A stretch of 63,920 bases of DNA, filler included, from Aduncisulcus paluster (taxonomy: Eukaryota), in the NCBI GenBank assembly GCA_024181965.1. It is 7 parts of 7 records of this genome, joined end to end, with 100 filler letters (N's around TTAATTAATTAA, not from the genome) between each part and the next. Parts side by side here need not be neighbours in the genome. Positions count along the whole stretch, not along the records: positions 1 to 22,365 come from BQXS01011538.1; 6 more parts are not named here. One strand, given 5' to 3'. The position numbers and the translations under genes were made by a program. The notes below the pieces were generated by a model. The model worked only from the letters and a program-made list of their open reading frames with translations, made no database searches and was not told where the DNA came from. Position 1 is the first letter of the stretch; each line of letters opens with the position of its first letter. Positions 1-9,245 of the stretch are shown here, piece after piece.

Positions 1-412
1 GGACGGATAGTTTTTCACGAGCATCCGCTATAGACGTCTTCCATCCAAATTGTTGTCTCAGGTTGTGCCAAAAGTAACTTACCTTTGGATTTTCCTCCAT
101 CTTTTTCAACAAAAGTTGCCATTTGGGTGCTGGGAGTGTAGGGAGCATAGTAGTGTCGGAATAAACTTCTTCATCGGTACTTCTAGTCCAATCCACAGTT
201 GAGAGAGTTGTTTTTGTACTTGTTGAGTCATGTATATAAAAGTTACGAAATGTTTCTTCGTCTAGGTTATAAATTCGCTTTGCATCGTCAGAATTTATAC
301 CTAGAATTTTAAGCAAAAAGTTAAATAAAATAATATTGTTGATATTTTCGAGTTCTAAACCTTTGTAGGGGTCGAGGGAAACGCCTCGTTCCGAACCAAC
401 AGTTAACGTCAT
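1..412 (-). CDS. Hypothetical protein, 5' part (runs off the window start); possible 60-nt intron at 301-360
   Basis: ATG at 412 opens a stop-free frame to base 1 (MTLTVGSERGVSLDPYKG...INSDDAKRIYNLDEETFRNFY...). Not in the ORF track because it has no stop in the window. 301-360 is AT-rich and bounded by GT...TAG. Confidence 0.55.
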   Translation of the reverse strand, partial: MTLTVGSERGVSLDPYKGLELENINNIILFNFLLKILGINSDDAKRIYNLDEETFRNFYIHDSTSTKTTLSTVDWTRSTDEEVYSDTTMLPTLPAPKWQLLLKKMEENPKVSYFWHNLRQQFGWKTSIADAREKLSV

Positions 413-851
413 AATTGACGGATTACGGTAGTTGAAAACCTTCCTTTGTTAAAAAACCCCGAAAAATCGATGTGTGCCTATTTTCGATCTCGCGAACGTG
501 CCACAAGTTCAACGTTTTGTCACGAAAGGAAGCCTTAATTTTCTATACGTCCCTTTTTTCTTGATCTATATTGAAACAATACCAAAGTATGCATTTTCTT
601 TTCCCGTGCATCTTGAGTATCTCATAGTTTGAATGTCTTCCGCTCTCTTCGTTATTTTGCAATCAAAACTATTTCGGACCATTTTTGTATGCATTTAAGC
701 TATATATAGTAATGAAAATGAAAATTATGTTGATCTGAACTCGCTAATGCTGACTTTATCAAATTTTGCGATTTCATGCGTAGATTGTTGGTTTATTGAA
801 TGTCAAAAATAATTATATCTTTAATGATAATATATACAATGATAATTATTA

Positions 852-2732
852 TTATTTGATTCGATATTTGAGAGTTTGTTTCAATATTGCATCATCTTCT
901 CTCCTCTCTTTCTCTTCGATTTTCTCAAGAATTCCCTTCGAATTGATTATTTTCCGAACAATTGAAGACATATCTTTGTATATAAATCTATTCTCAACGA
1001 CTTCTATCTCGATTTGTAACGTATGTTCGAGATCGTCCACCATGTGTTTCCCTTGGGCGATGAGAATTGAATACGAGAGAAGTTTATCAGGAGGATTTGA
1101 TGATATGGATCCTATGCGCGGTGATGGTTGAGATATTTCGATAGCAGATAATGATGAGTACTCGTCTCCACCCTGAATGGTGTAATCGGGATGAAGAGAT
1201 TCCTGAACAATCGTCAGAGGGGTCGTGGAATCACTTTGCACCTTTACACAATCAGGAATTGCAGAAGAATTGTCTGTAGTGAGCCCAGGCTTTATGATTA
1301 ATGGAGATTGCCTCTGTAACTCCTTTTGCAGGAAAGAAAGAGTTGATGGAGAGAGGATTAAGTCATCTTTGGAATCAACGGCTGCCTTGATTATATCTAT
1401 ATAGTTTTTTGAGCTTAAATGATCGCTAATTGATGGTTGAATAAACACTTCAGTAGATTCGATTGCTTCAGGAAGAGGAAAAGAGGCCTGCTGCGGTCTA
1501 TCATCTGCTTTTCGCAAACACATCATATCCCTGCAACATTCAGAGAAGAAACACACCCTAGCATTCAGCTGTTTGATAATACTTTTTGAAAGACAATTAT
1601 CAATGTCGCATAGGACAACATCATCGATAAATTGTAGTGAAGCCAATGAATACACTTTATAATATATCGAGATTAATTCATGCTGCTGTTGAACTCTTTT
1701 CATGGACTTAGATCGATATGATGCATCAGCTGTTTCATGCTTTGACACTGGAACATGTTGTTCAATCGAAGAACAATGCGATAAAAAGTCCAGAGATTCG
1801 GACACTTTATACCCAACCGATGACATCCAATCCATAGGAATACTTTCACATAATACACACACAACGAATCTCGGGCAGCCACATTGAGTTGCTCTATCTT
1901 TAGCCCATTGAAGGACGGAAATGTGCTGCACTGTCAAAATATCAAAAGAGTCTATAAAAATGCCACATGATGATACAGGAATGAGTGTCTCGAAGGAAGG
2001 GGAAAGAGGCAAATGGGGGGAATGGAGCATCGAAAAGAGAATCATTGCAGAAAAAGGAAAAATCCCATCCCCAATTGTGTACCCAGATCCTATTTTATGC
2101 GAGAGAGCAGCATTTCCGAGTGGTTTTGGTTCCAAAACGATTGAAGTTTTTATCACATCAAGATCATCATCTTCAGGATCTTCACCTTTCAAACTGACAC
2201 TTTCCAAGCTTCTTGGTGAAGATGGCACATCAAAATGAAGTGTTGACATTATCATAGAACACTCTTTTAATATTTTGATACTGGCGTATAGATTGGACAA
2301 TGAAATTCCAATTGCGGGATTTGTTATTATTGTTTGTATAATATTAGAAGAAGAAATTCCAGGGGTTCTATTCACAGTAATATACATTCCAAGATCTTTC
2401 ACCTTCTCGTATGGATCGGATCCATCCGTTGACACCACTTCATCATCAGCATGAATAACAACAGAACAATTATTTTTCTTGACAATATCAACATCAGTAA
2501 ACCAAGGGGCATTCATGACAACTTTATGAACAAATCTACAAGATGATAAAATGAGGGCCCTATCTTCCATCGGGAATATCGGGGATTTTCCTTTCATTCT
2601 TTCAATCTCAATATCATTATGTATTCCGACAATAACAATACCATATGTTGAAGCCTGTCTGAGTAGGTTAAAGTGGCCAAAATGAGGCATATCGAAACAC
2701 CCATCCACCCAAACATAATTTACATCGCTCAT
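852..2732 (-). CDS. PCYT2: Ethanolamine-phosphate cytidylyltransferase-like (PCYT2/ECT1 family)
   Basis: N-terminal VWVDGCFDMPHFGHFNLLRQA (HxGH), GIHND and RTPGISSS motifs; a degenerate second cytidylyltransferase domain (FIDSFDILTVQH) follows. Confidence 0.8.
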   Translation of the reverse strand: MSDVNYVWVDGCFDMPHFGHFNLLRQASTYGIVIVGIHNDIEIERMKGKSPIFPMEDRALILSSCRFVHKVVMNAPWFTDVDIVKKNNCSVVIHADDEVVSTDGSDPYEKVKDLGMYITVNRTPGISSSNIIQTIITNPAIGISLSNLYASIKILKECSMIMSTLHFDVPSSPRSLESVSLKGEDPEDDDLDVIKTSIVLEPKPLGNAALSHKIGSGYTIGDGIFPFSAMILFSMLHSPHLPLSPSFETLIPVSSCGIFIDSFDILTVQHISVLQWAKDRATQCGCPRFVVCVLCESIPMDWMSSVGYKVSESLDFLSHCSSIEQHVPVSKHETADASYRSKSMKRVQQQHELISIYYKVYSLASLQFIDDVVLCDIDNCLSKSIIKQLNARVCFFSECCRDMMCLRKADDRPQQASFPLPEAIESTEVFIQPSISDHLSSKNYIDIIKAAVDSKDDLILSPSTLSFLQKELQRQSPLIIKPGLTTDNSSAIPDCVKVQSDSTTPLTIVQESLHPDYTIQGGDEYSSLSAIEISQPSPRIGSISSNPPDKLLSYSILIAQGKHMVDDLEHTLQIEIEVVENRFIYKDMSSIVRKIINSKGILEKIEEKERREDDAILKQTLKYRIK

Positions 2733-3029
2733 AACCCAATAATTCGATAAAACTGGCTAAAAGTCAATAAAATGTTATTTACAGTGGAACAAATTTTTGT
2801 AAATGTATGTCAAAAATGGAAATTCCATTTTACTCGTTCAATATTAGGAATTGATACCATTGAAGATACAATATAATATCAAATTTCATATTAAAAACAA
2901 ACAATTATTTTATTCCATTGATAATTATAATACTACCATCAGTACGAAACAAGTCAAGCAAAAAAGCATTCGCATCGAAAAAAACACATCAATGTCATTC
3001 ACTTTTTGAGAAATATCGAAGTGATAACT

Positions 3030-4145
3030 ATGTCCTTTAAACTCCCATCATTTTTCCTTAACAAACAGATAGTTTTTCTCAATTCAAAGAAATCGACCCT
3101 TTTTGGAGAATTGGGTAAAAAAAGGTCAATTCTCACGTTATGCATGTACCCATTTTCATTACAGCTTGAGGAAGCCCTTGGATATAGAGATTTTCTCCTC
3201 TGTGTTGATGAAAAGCTATCAAGTCATGAAACACAACAGAAACTAAAACTTAAGACCAAAACTGATGAATGTGTCAAAATGCTTATGGAACGAGATTCTC
3301 TCACAAAAGGGATATCAAGAGACTCAGAAACAATCGATTATCAACCAGATCAACACAAATACGATACAAAGGAAATATCAGTTCCTCAAACTACGGAATT
3401 AGCACCATTCGATACCTCACACGAATATCATCATACATTACACTTATCTGAGGATAAAAAAGGGATTGAAAAACAACTTCCAGTCGGTATAAAAACAAGA
3501 GAAAGATTAAGAGAAGAATATGCCATAAAACGAAGATTATCTGGCTCATATCAATTTATAGAGGAAGAAGAGCTTCAAAGCATACCAAATGTATCATCAA
3601 TTTTGGGCAAAAGAGGTCTAATGACAGCGTGTGGATCCGCCTCAGTTTGGGAAGAAGAGAAAACAATCTTGGAAGCGACGCCATATTGCATGTTCACAGG
3701 AAAAGCCACATTATCAAAATTTATAGGGACAGACAGTCCTTCATTGTCACCTTCAGTGTCTGATATGGGGAAATTGAAGACTCCACCAATGATAGATCGC
3801 AAAAAAGCATATTGTTCAAAAAAGGGGTATATTCCACCTTTTCTAACATTATTAATATTCCCACCAGCAATATTTGCAAGAACAATGATTGGAAAAATGA
3901 TACAAATTAAAACCCAGTTGACATCAACTCACCAATACTTGAAGAATAATCCATATGTTGCAGTCATGTTCATGGAGTCAGAATCTGAATACATTACATT
4001 TAAAAGATATTTCAACATCAATGATCAATCAATATCGTATGCGTATCTGCTGGATAAACGTTGTAAAGTGCTGGAGTATACTTGTGGCCCACCACTGGTC
4101 GAAGAAATGATTTCTCTTGCATATAGATGCCTTGAAGGATGGTGA
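3030..4145 (+). CDS. ATP10-like protein (thioredoxin-like fold) with a large internal insertion
   Basis: First ATG at 3030. The C-terminus (FKRYFNINDQSISYAYLLDKRCKVLEYTCGPPLVEEMISLAYRCL) and N-terminal LGKKRSILTLCMY resemble ATP10 family blocks; recognised by eye only. Confidence 0.5.
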   Translation: MSFKLPSFFLNKQIVFLNSKKSTLFGELGKKRSILTLCMYPFSLQLEEALGYRDFLLCVDEKLSSHETQQKLKLKTKTDECVKMLMERDSLTKGISRDSETIDYQPDQHKYDTKEISVPQTTELAPFDTSHEYHHTLHLSEDKKGIEKQLPVGIKTRERLREEYAIKRRLSGSYQFIEEEELQSIPNVSSILGKRGLMTACGSASVWEEEKTILEATPYCMFTGKATLSKFIGTDSPSLSPSVSDMGKLKTPPMIDRKKAYCSKKGYIPPFLTLLIFPPAIFARTMIGKMIQIKTQLTSTHQYLKNNPYVAVMFMESESEYITFKRYFNINDQSISYAYLLDKRCKVLEYTCGPPLVEEMISLAYRCLEGW

Positions 4146-4482
4146 AATGGAAATTTGAGCCACAAATATAGAAAAGTTCATATATTATCAGAATAGAGAG
4201 TTTCAAATTTCAAAACTTCAACCTATTCTATAAAAGAGAATATATAGCCATCAAAAAAATCAAAAAACAATATACGGATCAATTTAGATTCATATTAAGC
4301 CTAGTATAATCCGTAATATAACGAAAACTGAAAATTTAAAATATAGTCTTTGAAACTCGATATATCCATTATTCCATCGAAATTCCAGTTCTCAATGTAA
4401 ATTTATTCATCAAAAACAAAAATTATAAGTGAGACATTGAACGCAATCCATTAAAAAAATAAAATAATCAAAACAAACGCAA

Positions 4483-5649
4483 TTACTGAACATCACAATC
4501 ATCTCCTCCTTTATCTCCTTTAGCCTTTCCCTTTTTCTTTGAATCTCTAACAACTGTATCACTATCAGCTCTTCCAAAGGCACCTCCTTCCACTTTCTTA
4601 ACAACGATAGTCCCAGAATCTCCCGAAGCAAACTCACTGCTTCCGGAAGTGACGGAATCTCTGGCGATAGTTGAGGCATCATCAGCTCCAAAGGTGGCAA
4701 TATGATCCTTTTGAACAGTGAGAGCAGCTCCAGCGAAGGCAGCAGTTCCAGCTCCAATAGGACCTTCAGTTTCATCAGCTTCTTCGGCCTTCTTGGCAGC
4801 AACGGCAATCAATTCGGTCATCAGGGAACGTGGAAGAGGTTGAGTGAGGAATGGATGCTTGAGCAAGTCACCACAACGAAGTCTCTCTTTGGGATCGAGT
4901 TTCAAACATTTAGAGACAAAGTCACGGAAAATTTCGCTATGTTTCCCAGGGCTATTGAAAGTTGGGGGCCTCTTCAAGGTTCCAATCTTCATGAGAGCAA
5001 CGGAAGGACTCTTGTTTGAGTAAGGAGGACATCCTTGGGCCAACTCGATAGCAACGATACCCATACTCCAAATATCAGCCATAATAGTGTGCCCAGTCTC
5101 ATTAATAACTTCAGGGGCCATCCAATAGGGTGTTCCAATCATTGTAAAACGTTTACCCATAGTCTTGGCAACGGCACCACTGACACCAAAATCACAGAGT
5201 TTTAATTCACCATCCATGGTAAGAAGAATATTGTTTCCCTTAATATCTCTGTGGATGATGTGTTTCTTGTGGAGGTAGTCAAGTCCCTTTAAGGATTCAC
5301 GCATGACATAAGCAACTTCCCTTTCAGAAAGAACCCGCTCAGCGGTAACCATGACATCAGAAACAGCACCAGCTCCACAGAATTCCGTAATAAGCCAGCA
5401 TTCTGGAACAGCAGTCTCACGAACAGTGAGACGACCATAGAATTTGATAACATTCTCATGCTCACATTTCTCAAGGAATTGAACCTCTTGATCGATTTCC
5501 CACAAGTTATCATCACGTTCAAGTGGAATAGACTTCACGGCAATGATAGCACCAGTAGATTTGATGCGAGCTTGATAAACTTTTCCATAAGATCCTTCTC
5601 CGATCTCCTGGATCAGTTCAATATCTTCCCTGGTAATCTTTAAAGGCAT
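4483..5649 (-). CDS. STE20/GCK-family Ser/Thr kinase (MST-like) with C-terminal CaaX
   Basis: GEGSYGKV, IAVK, HRDIKGNN, DFG and GTPYWMAPEV (STE20 signature); ends KKKGKAKGDKGGDDCDVQ*. Confidence 0.93.
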   Translation of the reverse strand: MPLKITREDIELIQEIGEGSYGKVYQARIKSTGAIIAVKSIPLERDDNLWEIDQEVQFLEKCEHENVIKFYGRLTVRETAVPECWLITEFCGAGAVSDVMVTAERVLSEREVAYVMRESLKGLDYLHKKHIIHRDIKGNNILLTMDGELKLCDFGVSGAVAKTMGKRFTMIGTPYWMAPEVINETGHTIMADIWSMGIVAIELAQGCPPYSNKSPSVALMKIGTLKRPPTFNSPGKHSEIFRDFVSKCLKLDPKERLRCGDLLKHPFLTQPLPRSLMTELIAVAAKKAEEADETEGPIGAGTAAFAGAALTVQKDHIATFGADDASTIARDSVTSGSSEFASGDSGTIVVKKVEGGAFGRADSDTVVRDSKKKGKAKGDKGGDDCDVQ

Positions 5650-5924
5650 ATTAGTATTTTTGGTTGATTGATGTCGTTATGTATGACAAAAACAGCGATG
5701 AGAGACTTGAATCGTTTGATCGCTTTTGGCCGAAAATATAATATCGTGGGAATACAAAAACAAAATAAAGTGTGTGAAATGAGCATTGAGATTTACCGAT
5801 TTTAAAGTTTGAATCCACTCTAATATTGCATGGATTGTTGGCTATCGAATAATTATTCGATTTGTCTCGCTATCTCTCGTTATTACAAGTTGTATCTGAG
5901 CTTACAACTTTTATATAGTTCATA

Positions 5925-8717
5925 ATGAGTGAAGATGTAACGCAGCTATTATATGATGATGATGATTCTGATTCAATACAGATTCGATCCACCGATCAAA
6001 ACCTCTTCTTATCCTTCCCTAAATGGCATTTCACCGGAAAATGTAAGTATTATAATGCCAAAGACATTGATATGGATGACTTGCCAAACTTTAAGAAAAA
6101 GATATATGGTGTTTTAGGAATCCTTCCTGGATTCCATTATCATTTCCTTCTTTTAATATCAGAGGTGACAAATATTGGGTTTTTTATTGGCCATACAGTT
6201 TATAAAGTTAAATCAGTCGAAATTGTTCGACTTAGCAAATCGGGAGGATGGTATATATCGCCAGACGATGATTATATCGAAACAGCTCTGACAAACCATT
6301 TATCAAGCTCTTTTCTGTACTTTTCTCCTTCTGTTGATATGACACGAAGCTTACAAGAACGGCACATCCCCATCATTGGGCGGAAATATTTTAATTCCTT
6401 TGCATGGAATGGTGCCGCTGCCCGCTGCATTGGAGATGAATCAATTGCAAAATGCTTCTGTCCTCGTGCTGCCTATGGTTTTTTCGACCAACATACGGTG
6501 AATGTAAAGAACAATGAAGGTGAATTGATTGACATTAAGTTATCCCTCGTTGGTCGTAGAAGCAGTCGTAGAGGAGGAGTTCGCTACTGGAGAAGAGGAA
6601 TCGATGATGATGGATGGGCCAGTAACTTTGTTATGAGCGAATTTGTTGTAGAACTTCTTGGCAATGTATATTCTTTCATCCAGATCCGTGGTAGTGCCCC
6701 CATGGTATGGAAACAGACCTTAAACCTCAAATATAAACCTCATGTTGAAGTAGCCATGCCAGATCGGACGATGGACGCTTGTAAAATCCATTTCGACAAA
6801 CTCACTGGCCATTTCGGAAATATATGTTGCGTCTGCCTTCTTGACGACAGTGGCATTGAGAAACCGCTCTCCCAGGGCCTTACTATGACTCTTCCAGAGT
6901 GTGCTGGTGCCACAATGGAGAGTGTTCCCCCGAGTATGGGTGGGAGTTCCATCTGTCGAAAGTCGTCTGAGAGTTCAGACGAAGAATACAGTAGCCTTTC
7001 CAAATCGAGAAGTTCAAGTGAGTTGGGCGATAAAGCAGCTGATATTATTGATATTTCTACTATCAAAACAGTCAAAACCGAAGAAGAAGATATTGTTGAA
7101 GAAGACGAGGAAGAGGAGGAAGACGAAGAAAGAATTTCTTTGAAGAGTTCTAGTTCTGTATCAACGCATATTGTTGCTGATATTACAAAGCCAGCCTCCA
7201 AGAGTCACCTCCAGAAAACTCATGTTGGAGATGACAAGCTTGGAGAGGACTCTACCACGTCTTCCACTGGTATTGACTCCTCCGCGGTTCAATCCGACTA
7301 TGGTACTTTCTCTGCTTCCTCCCAGTCTACTAAGAAACCCACCAATAAGGATACGAGACCTGGGCACTTGCATTCAACGATGGCTACTTTGGCCGGGCAA
7401 GTCCCCGGTGAAAGAAAAGGTTCTGTGTCGTTCCATTTTTATGATTTCCACACAGAATGTAAAGGTATGAAGTATGAGAATCTGTGTGACATGTGGTGGC
7501 AAATTAAGCCAGAGGTTGAGAAATCTGGCGTGTTTGTGGCTCCTCTTAAACGTAGGAAAGGTGTATGTGGCCTAGAAGAAGGTGAAGACCGTCAAAGGCG
7601 TGTCCAGGATTCCCTTTCTACCAAGATTACAAGGAAGATGTCAACTGACGATTGTTCTGAAGAAATAGATGGAGCTCCATTGCCTAAAGAAGATGTAGAA
7701 GCGAACCATGAAGGAGATATTGAAGATAAAAGTAAGATTCTTGCTGATTCTGATGCACAGATCCTCTTCGAGGATGATCATCAACAGCTTAAACAGCCTA
7801 GCGGCAGCTCTAGTGCTCAAAATGAACAAGAAGAAGACCAACAAACTGCTGATGCATCCACTGCCGTTGCATCTGCTTCCATTGGTGATATTAAGAAACG
7901 GGAGATCTCACCACCTCCGTCTCCCTCTTCTTCACTCTCCCCCTCTTTCTCCTTTTCTCAGTCACATCCACACACCTCCTCACACACCCAGAAGCAGTGC
8001 GGAGTCGTGCGTACCAACTGTCTTGACTGTCTCGATCGTACTAACGTCTTCCAGACTCTCATATGCTCTCAGGTGTTGAGAGGCATCCTAAAGATGAACG
8101 ATTTATTATCGGTCAAAGATGTCAAGATATGGCACAAGGAAGTAGGCAGAAAGAAGAACAAGTTTGTGTGCTCTGATCCCCTCTCTTCTCTCCCACGCTT
8201 GAAAGCCTCATTCAAACAGCTTTGGTGTGATCATGGGGATTATTTAGCCAGACAATATGGAGGCAGTAATGCGATGAAGAGAGACTATGTTCAGTTTGGA
8301 AAGAGAACTCGTCGGGGTACAATCCTTGATGGTAAATATGCAGTCGAGAGGTACATAAAGAATAACTTTAGCGACGGTTTAAAACAAGATGGTATCGATT
8401 TGCTTCATAATAGACATGCCATTGGTCTCCATGGACTCCCCTACCGAACTCTTAACCAAGGAGAGCTCCAAGTTGCTCGTGGGACCCTCAAGGAGGACAC
8501 TACCCATTCAATACAGTCAGCTTTGGGTGCTTCTCTCCTGCTGAGTAGTGTGGCTGGTCTTGTCACGGGTAGTTCCTTTTCATCCATGCCCATGCACTTG
8601 AGATTACTGGTCGGATGTAGTGTGACAGTGGTCGTTTTCATATTCTTAATTTTTATTCTAATTCGTGGCGGTGAAGCTTTCGTTAACAAACCACTTATTC
8701 GACCCGATTTGCACTAA
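5925..8717 (+). CDS. SAC1: SAC1 phosphoinositide phosphatase
   Basis: RRSSRRGGVRYWRRG, QIRGSAP, DFHTEC, catalytic RTNCLDCLDRTN (CX5R), NNFSDGLKQDGIDL and two C-terminal hydrophobic helices. Confidence 0.93.
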   Translation: MSEDVTQLLYDDDDSDSIQIRSTDQNLFLSFPKWHFTGKCKYYNAKDIDMDDLPNFKKKIYGVLGILPGFHYHFLLLISEVTNIGFFIGHTVYKVKSVEIVRLSKSGGWYISPDDDYIETALTNHLSSSFLYFSPSVDMTRSLQERHIPIIGRKYFNSFAWNGAAARCIGDESIAKCFCPRAAYGFFDQHTVNVKNNEGELIDIKLSLVGRRSSRRGGVRYWRRGIDDDGWASNFVMSEFVVELLGNVYSFIQIRGSAPMVWKQTLNLKYKPHVEVAMPDRTMDACKIHFDKLTGHFGNICCVCLLDDSGIEKPLSQGLTMTLPECAGATMESVPPSMGGSSICRKSSESSDEEYSSLSKSRSSSELGDKAADIIDISTIKTVKTEEEDIVEEDEEEEEDEERISLKSSSSVSTHIVADITKPASKSHLQKTHVGDDKLGEDSTTSSTGIDSSAVQSDYGTFSASSQSTKKPTNKDTRPGHLHSTMATLAGQVPGERKGSVSFHFYDFHTECKGMKYENLCDMWWQIKPEVEKSGVFVAPLKRRKGVCGLEEGEDRQRRVQDSLSTKITRKMSTDDCSEEIDGAPLPKEDVEANHEGDIEDKSKILADSDAQILFEDDHQQLKQPSGSSSAQNEQEEDQQTADASTAVASASIGDIKKREISPPPSPSSSLSPSFSFSQSHPHTSSHTQKQCGVVRTNCLDCLDRTNVFQTLICSQVLRGILKMNDLLSVKDVKIWHKEVGRKKNKFVCSDPLSSLPRLKASFKQLWCDHGDYLARQYGGSNAMKRDYVQFGKRTRRGTILDGKYAVERYIKNNFSDGLKQDGIDLLHNRHAIGLHGLPYRTLNQGELQVARGTLKEDTTHSIQSALGASLLLSSVAGLVTGSSFSSMPMHLRLLVGCSVTVVVFIFLIFILIRGGEAFVNKPLIRPDLH

Positions 8718-8741
8718 AATTCATCCATTTTCTTATTCTAC

Positions 8742-8761
8742 ATATATATATATATATATAT
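8742..8761. repeat. (AT)n microsatellite
   Basis: About 10 AT units just 3' of the SAC1 stop. Confidence 0.9.
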
Positions 8762-9245
8762 CTTTTGATTTCATGATATCTTTGCCTGTTGGTTGTTTAG
8801 AACAATGCTAATTATTCTCGTTTTCTACTTCTATTCTATTCTTTTTTACATCGAAATCTATTATTTCCTTTCTTCAATTCTTATCTTTTCAGTATAATCT
8901 TTGCGATTTCAATATGTTTGTTTGCTTCTTCAGTCTCATTTTTTATTATTTTCTTTTACATTTTTAAAAATTTAATATTTTTTTTCCAAGATATTTTCCC
9001 AAACAAATCACGTAGAAACTCTTTCTTTTTGATTCCTCCACTGGTTTGACAATGGGAATTGTAACAGTTCCAATCGTGAATAACATGATTGTCCGGAACC
9101 TCAGTAGTCTACTGAGTCAGTAGTGTTATTGATAGCGGAATTATAGTAAATGGGTATCAATTTCTTTCGACAGTGTAGAATCTACGCTTTTGATTCTGCT
9201 TCAGAACAGACTGTTCAACTGTATTTTGAGAATAATATTCTTGTT

